A DNA stretch of 64,000 nucleotides from an uncultured Candidatus Saccharibacteria bacterium (GTDB lineage: Bacteria; Patescibacteriota; Minisyncoccia; Phycocordibacterales; CAIRYW01): the NCBI GenBank assembly GCA_964386665.1, contig CAYLQP010000001.1, positions 48,111-112,110 on the forward strand, written 5' to 3'. Below, in pieces: positions 12,433-22,279 of the stretch. Under the pieces are notes generated by a model. It was not told the DNA's origin and searched no databases. It saw only the letters and a list, made by a program, of their open reading frames with translations. Position 1 is the stretch's first letter; the number at the start of each line of letters is the position of its first letter. A program made the position numbers and the translations under genes.

Positions 12433-13725
12433 ATGAAAAACAAAAAAACTAAAGTTCAAAAGAAACCAAAAGCCAAAGTAACTTCAAAACCAAAAATCAA
12501 ACCAAAAAAAGTTGCGTCAAAACCAAAGAAAGTTGTTACGAAGGCAAAAAAAGTTGCGTCAAAACCAAAGAAGGTGGTCTCAAAACCAAAAAAAGAAGTA
12601 AAGTTAAAAACCAAAAAGACTGTCGTTTCATCTCCAAAAAATACAAAAAAATCTTCTGATCTCTTGGCGGGAGCAGAACGGATTTTGCTTAAAGGAAAAG
12701 ATAGGGGGTTTGTGACATATGACGAGATTCTTAAAGAATTCCCACATATCGAAGATGATGTGATGTTTCTGGATGAATTATACGAAAAACTCCAAAGTGC
12801 CGGAGTAGATATCCTTGAAGGAGGAGGACTTCTTGAAGTACATACAGATGAAGATGATTTTCTAAAAAAATATGGATACGGAGGAAAAAGTGAAAACTAC
12901 GACTCAATCCAAATGTATCTGAAAGAAATCGGTCAGTACCCACTCATTCATGCATCGGCTGAAAAGGACTTGGCACGTCGAATTGGTGCAGGAGACGAAG
13001 AAGCAAAAAACTTGCTTGCAAAAGCAAACCTTCGACTTGTGGTTTCGATTGCAAAGAAATATGTAGGACGATCTCCTGATCTCACACTTCTTGACCTTAT
13101 TCAAGAAGGAAACCTTGGGCTCTTTAAGGCGGTAGATAAATTTGACTGGTCAAAAGGATTTAAGTTTTCAACATATGCGACGTGGTGGATTAGACAATCA
13201 ATCACACGTGCACTTGCAGACCAATCACGAACAATTCGAGTTCCTGTGCATATGGTTGAAACAATTGCAAAATACAAACAAGTCGTACGACGACTCTCTC
13301 AAGATCTCGGACGTGATCCACTTCCAGATGAGATTGCGGTTGAAATGGGACTTGATGTTGATAAGGTGTACCAAATCGAAAAGATTGATCAAACTACCGT
13401 ATCTCTTGATACGCCTGTTGGAGATGAAGGAGACAAGGAATCAACATATGGAGACTTTATTGCAGATGATAAGATTCCATCTCCAGATCAAGATTCTGCA
13501 CATCGGATTTTGGGAGACCAAGTGCGTGAAATCCTTGATGATCTATCTGAGAAGGAGCGAAGAATCCTTGAAATGCGTCACGGACTTGTTGATGGGATCC
13601 AACATACACTTGAAGAAGTAGGAAAGATGTTTAATGTGACTCGAGAACGAATTCGACAAATCGAAGCAAAAGCACTTGAAAAGATTCGAACTCACGAAAA
13701 AGTAGGAAGATTAAAAAATTATTAA
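12433..13725 (+). CDS. rpoD: primary sigma factor with Lys-rich N-terminal extension
   Basis: [42 protein letters not shown]. Confidence 0.96.
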   Translation: MKNKKTKVQKKPKAKVTSKPKIKPKKVASKPKKVVTKAKKVASKPKKVVSKPKKEVKLKTKKTVVSSPKNTKKSSDLLAGAERILLKGKDRGFVTYDEILKEFPHIEDDVMFLDELYEKLQSAGVDILEGGGLLEVHTDEDDFLKKYGYGGKSENYDSIQMYLKEIGQYPLIHASAEKDLARRIGAGDEEAKNLLAKANLRLVVSIAKKYVGRSPDLTLLDLIQEGNLGLFKAVDKFDWSKGFKFSTYATWWIRQSITRALADQSRTIRVPVHMVETIAKYKQVVRRLSQDLGRDPLPDEIAVEMGLDVDKVYQIEKIDQTTVSLDTPVGDEGDKESTYGDFIADDKIPSPDQDSAHRILGDQVREILDDLSEKERRILEMRHGLVDGIQHTLEEVGKMFNVTRERIRQIEAKALEKIRTHEKVGRLKNY

Positions 13726-13729
13726 AACA

Positions 13730-13762
13730 AAAGCCCGTTCGCCTCTGGTGGACGGGCTTTTG
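13730..13762 (+). terminator. intrinsic terminator after rpoD
   Basis: aaagcccgttc...ggacgggctttt. Confidence 0.75.
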
Positions 13763-13794
13763 CAATTAGCAAATTTTAGGTGTAAATTTAGTGT

Positions 13795-14739
13795 ATGAAA
13801 CACATAAAACTGTTTAAAGATTTGACCAAAAACGATGCTCATATTGCAGGTGGGAAAGGGGCTAGTCTTGGTGAGATGACAAATGCGGGTATCCCGGTCC
13901 CAGGAGGGTTTGTGATCACAAGTGAATCTTTTGAATTTTTCTTATCCCAAAATGATTTAACTCAAGAAATTGAAGCGATTCTAAAGAAAGTGAATCATAA
14001 AGAAATGGAATCAGTAGAAAGAGCAAGTGAGAATATAAAAGAACTTATTTTAAAAGCGACACTGCCAAAAGAAATGCAAAAAGAGATAAAAACAAACTTT
14101 GCAAAACTTAAGGCAAAATTTGTGGCAGTGAGAAGTTCTGCAACTGCTGAGGATGGGGTAGAGCATGCGTGGGCAGGACAACTCGATAGTTTTTTAAATA
14201 CTACTACGAAGAATTTGGAAGAAAATGTGAAGCGATGTTTTGCGTCACTCTTTACTCCGCGAGCAATCTTTTATCGATTTGAAAAAGGTCTAAATAAAAG
14301 TCATATATCAGTTGCGGTTGTTGTTCAAAAGATGATCCAAAGTGAAAAGTCTGGAATTGCTTTTTCGGTGCATCCTGTGACAGAAGATAGAAATCAAATG
14401 ATTATAGAAGGTTCGTGGGGACTTGGTGAGGCGATTGTTTCTGGGCAGATTACACCAGATTCGTATGTGATCGAGAAAGATACAAATACAATTATTGATA
14501 CAAATGTCGCCGAAAAGGCCAGAGGCCTTTTCGGCGACAACAAAGGCAAAAATGTGTGGAAAAACATTCCAAACAAAAAGGCAAACGAACAATGTCTCTC
14601 TGGAAAAGAAGTGATTGCTCTAGGAGAAATCATAAAACGAATAGAAAAGCATTACGGATTTCCTTGTGATATCGAATGGGCGTATGAAAAGAAAAAGTTT
14701 TTTATTGTACAAAGTAGACCTATTACTACGCTAAAATGA
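13795..14739 (+). CDS. stand-alone PEP synthase/PPDK N-terminal ATP-grasp domain
   Basis: GGKGASLGEM, VAVRSSATAEDG..WAGQ, WGLGEAIVSG, DIEWA..VQSRPIT; the ORF ends right after this domain. Confidence 0.9.
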   Translation: MKHIKLFKDLTKNDAHIAGGKGASLGEMTNAGIPVPGGFVITSESFEFFLSQNDLTQEIEAILKKVNHKEMESVERASENIKELILKATLPKEMQKEIKTNFAKLKAKFVAVRSSATAEDGVEHAWAGQLDSFLNTTTKNLEENVKRCFASLFTPRAIFYRFEKGLNKSHISVAVVVQKMIQSEKSGIAFSVHPVTEDRNQMIIEGSWGLGEAIVSGQITPDSYVIEKDTNTIIDTNVAEKARGLFGDNKGKNVWKNIPNKKANEQCLSGKEVIALGEIIKRIEKHYGFPCDIEWAYEKKKFFIVQSRPITTLK

Positions 14740-14757
14740 ATATCAAATTAAAATTAT

Positions 14758-15537
14758 ATGCAAGAATTTAATTTTATAAGACATGCTGAAAAAATGAATG
14801 AAGGTGAGGAAAGGTGTGCACTGAATGAATCTGGATTAACTTTATCACAACAGGAAAAATGGACGAACGCTGTAGACAGATTGAATCTCGAAGATCCACA
14901 AATTAGATTCGAAGCTTTACCTAAGATTGAGGAATTGGCAAAGATTATATGTGAAAAATTACCAGACAGAGCTCTTCTTATTTTTAATTCAACAGACACA
15001 CCTCGCACTAAATTGACTGCTGATTTTTTATCTACTTCTGTTATTGAAGATGCAAAAAAACAAGGTAAAGATATAAGAGTTGCTTTTATATGGGAACCAA
15101 AAGATAAAGCTAAAGAAGACGGTTCTCTAATGAGGGTTTCAGAGAGTGTTGGAACACCAACGATGTTAAGACTTATGCAAGAGGTGGAAGAAAGTAATGA
15201 TGATAGTTTAGAAAGATATCTAACTTCAGGTAAAGGAGGATTTGCGCACCCAAAAGAGGATGAGTTGGTTATGAAAGCTGTTAACAGTGATCTTGCTAGA
15301 GGAGAGAATTCTCTTTTCAGAAAAAGGGCTCAAGTATTAAGAGTACAGGCGGATCGTATAAAAGAGAAATTTACTGAAAAAGATTTACCACTATATTTTT
15401 TTGGCATTGGTCATCATGGAAGTCTTGTAGCACTTGATGTTGCTTTTAATGAACGTACGCATTATGATTCAGTAGATCAAATACCACAGCCACTAAGTGT
15501 ATGGAGTGCTAATTTAAATACAGAAAATGAAAGCTAA
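14758..15537 (+). CDS. divergent histidine-phosphatase-fold protein
   Basis: N-terminal FIRHAEK, internal STDTPRTKLTA and C-terminal GIGHHG match the RH..R..H catalytic set. Confidence 0.65.
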   Translation: MQEFNFIRHAEKMNEGEERCALNESGLTLSQQEKWTNAVDRLNLEDPQIRFEALPKIEELAKIICEKLPDRALLIFNSTDTPRTKLTADFLSTSVIEDAKKQGKDIRVAFIWEPKDKAKEDGSLMRVSESVGTPTMLRLMQEVEESNDDSLERYLTSGKGGFAHPKEDELVMKAVNSDLARGENSLFRKRAQVLRVQADRIKEKFTEKDLPLYFFGIGHHGSLVALDVAFNERTHYDSVDQIPQPLSVWSANLNTENES

Positions 15538-16555
15538 ATTAATAAAAACTTTTACTCGAGAATTTCCTCTTATACATGTTCAAATATGGGGAAGGAGATA
15601 TGCAACAGAATTTCTTGGTGAAAAGTTACCTAATGTTCCGATCCATGTCTTTTTTTTGAAAGATGGGCTGGTTACCGGTTACAAAAACACTCCAAGTCAG
15701 TCTGAGGTTATTAACCCAATTATTCGAAGTAAATTGGATAATGATCCAGATTTTATTAAAAAATATGTAAGTAATAAATCTGATCTTCTAGAAAAACTAT
15801 TTAAAATAAACGAAAACAGTAACTTGTCGCTCGAAAATTTTAAAAAGTATCTTTTAGATCTTTTTGAATATTGGCATATTCATTACATTGCTCAATTTTT
15901 ACCTCTTGATGAAAATAGGTTTACAAAAGAAGAGCGTGACTATGCAATGGATCTAAGAAAAAAAATAGAAAAAGCAATTCATAATTCTTGGAATTCTTTA
16001 GTGCCTATTCTCAAAAAACTTTTTCCTGATTTAGGTGAACTAGTAACATACATTGAATTGGATGAGTTGCTGAAATCAAAAATACCAGATAAATCAGAAC
16101 TTGAAAAAAGAGCAAAAGACGGCGTGTTTGTTTATAATGGTGATGTTGTCAATAAAGAACAGTTAAGTGAATTAGAAGAAAAAAATAATTTTGAAGTTGA
16201 GTGGAATAATATGGTTGATGAAGCAAAAGAAATAACAGGACAGATTGTGTACCCTGGAAAAGTAACTGGCAACGTTAGAGTTATCTTAAAAAAAGATGAT
16301 GTGGTTAACTTTAAAGACGGAGAGGTCCTTGTTTCTTATATGACGATGCCTGCTTTTATCTTTGCTATACAAAAAGCTTCCGCTTTCGTGACCGACGAGG
16401 GAGGAATCACCTGTCACGCCGCCATCGTCGCCCGCGAACTCAAAAAACCCTGTATCATCGGCACCAAAATCGCAACAAAAGTGTTGAAGGATGGAGATTT
16501 GGTGGAGGTGGATGCGGAGAAGGGGGTAGTTAAGATACTTAAAAGAGTAAATTAA
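15527..16555 (+). CDS. unknown N-terminal domain fused to a PEP-utilising phosphohistidine swivel domain
   Basis: C-terminal GKVTGNVRVI..GEVLV..VTDEGGITCHAAIVARELKKPCIIG..DGDLVEVDA. Confidence 0.88.
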   Translation: MKAKLIKTFTREFPLIHVQIWGRRYATEFLGEKLPNVPIHVFFLKDGLVTGYKNTPSQSEVINPIIRSKLDNDPDFIKKYVSNKSDLLEKLFKINENSNLSLENFKKYLLDLFEYWHIHYIAQFLPLDENRFTKEERDYAMDLRKKIEKAIHNSWNSLVPILKKLFPDLGELVTYIELDELLKSKIPDKSELEKRAKDGVFVYNGDVVNKEQLSELEEKNNFEVEWNNMVDEAKEITGQIVYPGKVTGNVRVILKKDDVVNFKDGEVLVSYMTMPAFIFAIQKASAFVTDEGGITCHAAIVARELKKPCIIGTKIATKVLKDGDLVEVDAEKGVVKILKRVN

Positions 16556-16572
16556 TATATAAAATCAAAACA

Positions 16573-17325
16573 ATGAATCCAGAAGCATTACCGAGTGAAG
16601 AAGAACAATTTAGAACCAGAGTAGTGTTAGATTTCTTTAGGCATGATGAAAAAGATTTAAACAACACAGAACCTAAAAAAACAGATGAGGAAGTGGAGCT
16701 GACTCCTAAAGGAAGACATGATGCAAGAGTGCATGGAAAACTAGCTGATATTAAGTTTGCCATAGCAACCGCAACAGATAGGGTTCGAGCACAACAGACG
16801 GCAGGATATCATATGGCGGGTATGGTTGATGGGGTAACAGGAGATGAAACATCAGAAGAATTAGAACAAAAAATAAATAAAGGGACTAAGTATGGCAGTA
16901 AAACAAGGATTGATGGTAGATTAAATACATATTCAAATCAAATATCAAATATTGCAACAATTGTTTTAAAGTATATAGAAGTTGCAAAAAACTTTGATAG
17001 ATTATATGAATCTACAGAGGTTTCTAAGAGAGAAACTAATGAACTACAGAGATTTTTTGGATCACACCAAGGGGTAACTGAGCCTTTTCTTGCCAAACTT
17101 ATAGAGATGAGGAGAGGTGTTGAAGAAAAAGATAAGTTTTTAAGTATGTTGAATAAGGGTGGTTTTGATTTTTCGGAAGGGTTTAAAATAATGATACTAA
17201 ACACAGACAATGAATCTGAACCAAAAATTCAGATAAGCTACAAAAAAGAAAAGAACGGAGAAGTTTTTGAATTTGACGAGGAAATAACAGTAGATGAAAT
17301 TAAGGAGTTGTCCTTGAAAGAGTAA
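16573..17325 (+). CDS. divergent histidine-phosphatase-fold protein
   Basis: DFFRHDEK, LTPKG, DRVRAQQTA, FFGSHQG. Confidence 0.7.
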   Translation: MNPEALPSEEEQFRTRVVLDFFRHDEKDLNNTEPKKTDEEVELTPKGRHDARVHGKLADIKFAIATATDRVRAQQTAGYHMAGMVDGVTGDETSEELEQKINKGTKYGSKTRIDGRLNTYSNQISNIATIVLKYIEVAKNFDRLYESTEVSKRETNELQRFFGSHQGVTEPFLAKLIEMRRGVEEKDKFLSMLNKGGFDFSEGFKIMILNTDNESEPKIQISYKKEKNGEVFEFDEEITVDEIKELSLKE

Positions 17326-17632
17326 AATGGATCTAAGTATATTTTTCCGAATTTAAACAAGATGTTTTTGTAAAGAAATCATCTTGTTGTTTGTTGTAAG
17401 GTTGTATTTAGGTAGTTTGTTTTACTCGACTTTAGCTTTTTGATATATCCACAGGTCGTAAAAGACCTTCTATAAAGCCAGTTTTTTGCTCTTGACTTTG
17501 AAAAAATTTACAAAAAATAAGATTTGTTTTGAAGCACTAAAAAAGTGTGTAAAAGAGCTATACACTTGGTTTTTTTTAAAGTAAAATTATAAGTCCAAGA
17601 CAAATTATTTATTAACATAATCAAAATTCCCT

Positions 17633-18901
17633 ATGGCAATTGAACTCATCATAAAAAGAAATGGATCCGTTGTTAATTTTGATCGGTCACACATTGAGAT
17701 TGCTCTTTCAAAAGCATTCAAGGCAACCGAAGTGGATGTTACTCCCGAAAAAATAGTTGAGATTACTGATCTCGTAATTGTGAAGCTTCGAGAACGATTT
17801 GGAAATAGTGTTCCAACAGTTGAAGGAGTTCAAGATTTCGTAGAAATTGCCCTGATGGAATCAGGTTTTCATACTACCGCAAAAGCGTATATCTTGTATC
17901 GACAGGAACACGCGGAACTTCGAAAGCGAGACATATTCAAAAAGCGTTTGGCACTCAAACCTTACGAATACCCAGAGCTTCTTGAATATGTTGATGGTAT
18001 CAGACATTCATATTGGCTTCACACTGAGTTTAACTTCACTTCAGATATTCACGACTATATGGTGAACACAACATCGCTTGAAAAAAATGCACTAAAAAAC
18101 GCTATGCTTGCGATTGCTCAAGTGGAAGTGTCGGTTAAAACATTTTGGGGAGATATTTACAAAAAGATTCCTAAACCAGAAGTTGGTGCGGTAGGGGCAA
18201 CCTTTTCAGAAAGTGAAGTGCGCCATCAAGATGCGTATGCACACCTTATCGAAATCCTCGGGCTCAATCACGAGTTTGAAAGGATTAAAGAAATTCCAGC
18301 AATCATAAGTCGGATTAACTACATCGACAAAGCAATTGCAAACGCTCACTCAGATCACCACAAGGAATACTCAAAAACACTTCTTTTGTTCTCTCTTTTT
18401 ATTGAACACGTTTCGCTCTTTTCTCAGTTTCTTATTATTATGTCTTTCAATAAACACAAGGGGCTCTTTCGAGGGGTATCAAACGTTATTGAGGCAACGT
18501 CAAAAGAAGAACAGATTCACGGACTTTTTGGAATCGATCTTCTTAGAATCATCAAATCAGAATACCCACAATGGTTTACGGAGGAGTATAATGAAACAGT
18601 GCTTGAACTTTGTCGTGAAGCATACGAAGCCGAAAAAGAGATTGTTGATTGGATATTTGAAAAAGGGGAGCTTGATTTCTTACCAAAACAAACTGTGCTC
18701 GAGTTTATAAAGAATCGTTTCAATAATTCTCTGCAATCACTTGATTTACCAAAAATCTTTGAAATAAACCAAGAAATACTTGAACAGACAGATTGGTTTG
18801 ATGACGAGATTATGACAACCAAACATCTTGATTTCTTTGTAAAGCGTTCTGTGAATTATAATAAAAGAGTAGAAAGTATCACAGGAGAAGATTTGTTTTA
18901 A
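17633..18901 (+). CDS. nrdB: class I ribonucleotide reductase beta subunit with N-terminal ATP cone (NrdBi-like)
   Basis: ATP cone IIKRNGSVVNFD..VEGVQDFVE..AKAYILYR; ferritin-like ExxH motifs ESEVRH and EEQIH; LKPYEYP..HSYW..EFNFTSD. Confidence 0.92.
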   Translation: MAIELIIKRNGSVVNFDRSHIEIALSKAFKATEVDVTPEKIVEITDLVIVKLRERFGNSVPTVEGVQDFVEIALMESGFHTTAKAYILYRQEHAELRKRDIFKKRLALKPYEYPELLEYVDGIRHSYWLHTEFNFTSDIHDYMVNTTSLEKNALKNAMLAIAQVEVSVKTFWGDIYKKIPKPEVGAVGATFSESEVRHQDAYAHLIEILGLNHEFERIKEIPAIISRINYIDKAIANAHSDHHKEYSKTLLLFSLFIEHVSLFSQFLIIMSFNKHKGLFRGVSNVIEATSKEEQIHGLFGIDLLRIIKSEYPQWFTEEYNETVLELCREAYEAEKEIVDWIFEKGELDFLPKQTVLEFIKNRFNNSLQSLDLPKIFEINQEILEQTDWFDDEIMTTKHLDFFVKRSVNYNKRVESITGEDLF

Positions 18902-18928
18902 TTATTAAAAGTTTTAATTACCCAAAAA

Positions 18929-20602
18929 ATGTATTGGCTCAACGAAAATAGTAGAAAGTTTCTTGCGAAAGATTATCTGATGAATGGTCAGGCGGCAGAG
19001 GATCGAATCCGTGATATTGCAAACACTGCAGAAAAGATCCTTGGGATTCCTGGATATGCTGATAAGTTTTATGGGTATATGGAAAAAGGGTATTACTCAC
19101 TTTCAACACCGGTCTGGGTAAACTTCGGAGTAGAAAAAGGACTTCCTATTAGTTGTTTTGGTTCATACATTGGAGATACGATGGGAGATATCCTTTATAG
19201 TAATGCTGAAGTAGGAATGATGAGTAAAAAAGGAGGAGGAACATCAGGGTATTTTGGAGACTTGCGAGCACGTGGTTCATCGATTACAAACAATGGTTCA
19301 TCATCAGGACCAGTTCACTTTATGGAGTTGTTTGATGTGATGGCAAATATTGTAAGCCAAGGTTCAACTCGAAGAGGACATTTTTCACCATATCTTCCAG
19401 TTGAGCATCCCGATATCGAAGAGTTTCTTGATATTGGAACAGAAGGGAACAAGATCCAAGGTCTTACTCACGCAGTGACTGTGACAAACAAATGGCTTGA
19501 AGAAATGGTTGCAGGAGACGAAAAGAAACGTGCAATCTGGGCCAAGATTCTTAAACGACGAACAGAAATGGGGTATCCGTATATTATGTTTGCTGACAAT
19601 ATGAATAATGGAACAGTAGATGTGTATAAGGATAAGGGACATAAGATTTTGGGAAGTAATCTTTGTAGTGAAATTGCCCTTCCTTCAAGTGTGGATTGGT
19701 CATTTGTATGTTGTCTTTCTTCAATCAACCTGATGCACTTCGATGCATGGAAAGATACTGATGCGGTTGAAACGCTCGTCTACTTCCTTGATGCAGTGAT
19801 GGAAGAGTTTATTCTCAAACTTGAAGGTTACCGAGATAGTGAAAACAGAGAACGAAGAAATGAATTTATTTTCTTGGAACGAGCATACAACTTTGCAAAA
19901 CAAAACCGAGCTCTTGGACTTGGAGCACTTGGACTCCACTCACTATTCCAAAGCAAGATGTATGCGTTTGAAAGTGCGGAAGCTCAGAAACTCAATGTGG
20001 AAATCTTCAAATTCATTCACGAACGAGCTTACAAAGCATCAAAGGAACTTGCAGAAAAATTCGGCGAACCAGAAGTTCTCAAGGGATACGGCAGACGAAA
20101 TACAACACTTATGGCAGTTGCTCCAAACACTTCTTCAGCATTTATCTTGGGACAAGTATCTCAAGGGATAGAACCAATCTGGTCAAACTGTTACGTAAAA
20201 GATATCGAAAAGATGAAAGTAACTATCAAGAACCCTTTCCTTGAAAAACTTCTTGAAGAAAAAGGTCAAAACACAAAAGAAGTGTGGCAAACTATTCGAG
20301 ACAGAGATGGTTCAGTTCAACACCTCGACTTCCTGTCAACAGAAGAAAGAATTATTTTCCAAACATTTGCTGAGATCGACCAATACGCGGTGATCGACCA
20401 AGCAGCGGCACGACAAAAGTATATTGACCAAAGTCAATCACTTAACCTTATGATTAATCCGAAAACTACTTCAGCAAAAGAAATCAATGCACTCTATATG
20501 GATGCGTGGAAACAAGGGGTAAAGACGCTCTACTATCAGCACAGTATGAATGCAGCCCAAGTACTCAACCGAAAGAAGGTGTGTATTGCGTGCGAAGCGT
20601 AA
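18929..20602 (+). CDS. nrdA: class I ribonucleotide reductase alpha subunit without ATP cone
   Basis: LPISCF, SNLCSEI, APNTSS, TLYY, C-terminal CIACEA. Confidence 0.94.
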   Translation: MYWLNENSRKFLAKDYLMNGQAAEDRIRDIANTAEKILGIPGYADKFYGYMEKGYYSLSTPVWVNFGVEKGLPISCFGSYIGDTMGDILYSNAEVGMMSKKGGGTSGYFGDLRARGSSITNNGSSSGPVHFMELFDVMANIVSQGSTRRGHFSPYLPVEHPDIEEFLDIGTEGNKIQGLTHAVTVTNKWLEEMVAGDEKKRAIWAKILKRRTEMGYPYIMFADNMNNGTVDVYKDKGHKILGSNLCSEIALPSSVDWSFVCCLSSINLMHFDAWKDTDAVETLVYFLDAVMEEFILKLEGYRDSENRERRNEFIFLERAYNFAKQNRALGLGALGLHSLFQSKMYAFESAEAQKLNVEIFKFIHERAYKASKELAEKFGEPEVLKGYGRRNTTLMAVAPNTSSAFILGQVSQGIEPIWSNCYVKDIEKMKVTIKNPFLEKLLEEKGQNTKEVWQTIRDRDGSVQHLDFLSTEERIIFQTFAEIDQYAVIDQAAARQKYIDQSQSLNLMINPKTTSAKEINALYMDAWKQGVKTLYYQHSMNAAQVLNRKKVCIACEA

Positions 20603-20608
20603 GTAACA

Positions 20609-20645
20609 AAAAAGCCCCTCGCGTTTGACGCGAGGGGCTTTTTTG
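20609..20645 (+). terminator. intrinsic terminator after nrdA
   Basis: aaaaagcccctcgcgt-ttg-acgcgaggggcttttt perfect stem. Confidence 0.85.
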
Positions 20646-20727
20646 TTTCATTATAATTTTGCACTTTTGTTTTATAAAAAGAGGAGTAGAATTAATTTTT
20701 GGAAGATTAAACCAACTTCCTGTCACC

Positions 20728-20883
20728 ATGCAAAGCTCTGTTCCATGCAATTGTTCTGGTCCATGCGGGGGTCAAAATGATCATAAGTTGACAGTACAGT
20801 ATGGAGGATGGCAAGTAGTTCCTCAAAAAGCAAGGCTAAGAAAAAAGCCTCCAGTTTACTGCTTTATCAAGCAAAAAGTGTAA
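20728..20883 (+). CDS. putative 51-aa Cys-containing small protein
   Basis: MQSSVPCNCSGPCGG...YCFIKQKV; upstream TAGAAT box and downstream agcg/cgct hairpin plus T-run. Confidence 0.4.
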   Translation: MQSSVPCNCSGPCGGQNDHKLTVQYGGWQVVPQKARLRKKPPVYCFIKQKV

Positions 20884-20921
20884 GCGAAGCCCTCTCAGGC
20901 GACGCTTTTTTTATCTCAAAA

Positions 20922-21467
20922 ATGTATACAAAAGAAATAATTCAACAAATCAAAAAAGGAGAAATCGCTGTTATACCGACTGACACAATTTTTGGTATTG
21001 TTTGTAGTGCATTACACAAGAAATCAGTCGAAAAAATCTACACACTAAAAAAAAGAAACGAAGGTAAACCCGTTATTATTTTGATCTCAAGTATCAATGA
21101 TATAAAGAAATTTAGTGTCACTCTATCTAAACAACAAATAACCAATCTAAAAAAACACTGGCCCGGCAAAGTAAGTATTATCCTTCCTTGCAAAGACAAG
21201 ACATTTGAGTATCTCCATCGAGGCACAAACACTCTTGCGTTTCGTTTGCCCAAGAAACAAGATCTTATAGATCTACTCAAAAAAACAGGTCCACTTATCG
21301 CGCCAAGTGCCAATCCAGAAGGGCTCTTACCCGCTACAAACATCACAGAAGCAAAAGAATACTTCGGTGACAGTGTTTCTATCTATCAATCAGGTAAGGT
21401 ATCAAAAAAAGCATCAAAGATAATCAAATATGAAGAAAATGGAGAAGTACAAATTATCCGAGCCTAA
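20922..21467 (+). CDS. tsaC: L-threonylcarbamoyladenylate synthase (YrdC domain)
   Basis: IPTDTIFG, KKR..KP, WPG, AFRLP, APSANPEG; start moved to the ATG at 20922. Confidence 0.93.
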   Translation: MYTKEIIQQIKKGEIAVIPTDTIFGIVCSALHKKSVEKIYTLKKRNEGKPVIILISSINDIKKFSVTLSKQQITNLKKHWPGKVSIILPCKDKTFEYLHRGTNTLAFRLPKKQDLIDLLKKTGPLIAPSANPEGLLPATNITEAKEYFGDSVSIYQSGKVSKKASKIIKYEENGEVQIIRA

Positions 21468-21515
21468 TGCTCCTTTAGTTGAAAACAAAAAGACTTTTTG
21501 CTAGTATGGGTAAAT

Positions 21516-22223
21516 ATGAAAACAAAAAAACCAACAGGTAAGTCTGCTCCCATTGTTATTTCTGTTGGAGGGTCTCTTATTGTTCCAGACGCTATAAATA
21601 GCGTTTTTTTGCGGGACTTGAAGCACCTTTTGCTCGAAGGGATAAAAGAAGGTAAACGGTACATCATTATTTGTGGTGGAGGTAAGATTTGCCGACGATA
21701 TCAAGATGTAGCACAAGACATCACCAAGCTTCGTCACGAAGATGTTGATTGGCTCGGGATTCACGCAACCAGACTTAATGCGCAACTTGTTAAAACTATT
21801 CTTTTGCCACACGCTGAAGAAATAATTGTTCATGATCCATTCGACAAGAAAATACAGTTTGAAAAACCAATTCTCGTGGCAGCAGGATGGAAACCAGGAT
21901 GGAGTACTGACTTTGATGCGGTGTGTCTTGCGAAACGATACAAAGCAAAGAAACTCATTAATCTCTCAAACATTGACTATGTCTATACAGCAGATCCTCG
22001 CACAAATCCAGATGCTACAAAAATAGAAAAAATCTCTTGGAAAGCATTTCGAAGGCTCATTCCTAAAAAATGGGATCCAGGACTTTCGAGCCCTTTTGAT
22101 CCAATTGCAAGTAAAGAAGCTGAAAGCCTCGGACTTGAAGTAGCGATCATCAATGGAACACGACTTGACCAAATCAACTCATTTGTTTCTGGAGAACAAT
22201 TTGTCGGATCAAAGATTGGGTAG
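21516..22223 (+). CDS. pyrH: UMP kinase (archaeal-type)
   Basis: ISVGGS, CGGGKICRRY, DWLGIHATRLNA, PGWSTD, VYTADP. Confidence 0.9.
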   Translation: MKTKKPTGKSAPIVISVGGSLIVPDAINSVFLRDLKHLLLEGIKEGKRYIIICGGGKICRRYQDVAQDITKLRHEDVDWLGIHATRLNAQLVKTILLPHAEEIIVHDPFDKKIQFEKPILVAAGWKPGWSTDFDAVCLAKRYKAKKLINLSNIDYVYTADPRTNPDATKIEKISWKAFRRLIPKKWDPGLSSPFDPIASKEAESLGLEVAIINGTRLDQINSFVSGEQFVGSKIG

Positions 22224-22279
22224 AATCCATCTCAAATATATTTATTGAGAATTTGTATCAGAGTGCTACAATAGAGTCT

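Noticed and set aside
13795-14739. ppsA pseudogene
   Set aside because: The ORF ends exactly at the domain boundary with motifs intact, and the swivel domain is in a separate intact gene with its own N-terminal domain.
17330-17632. NrdR boxes or DnaA boxes upstream of nrdB
   Set aside because: Only partial matches (atatccaca, tatacacttggt); no tandem consensus sites.
20808-20921. N-terminal extension of TsaC in the ORF track
   Set aside because: It crosses a hairpin and T-run and overlaps the small Cys ORF; homology begins near the ATG at 20922.
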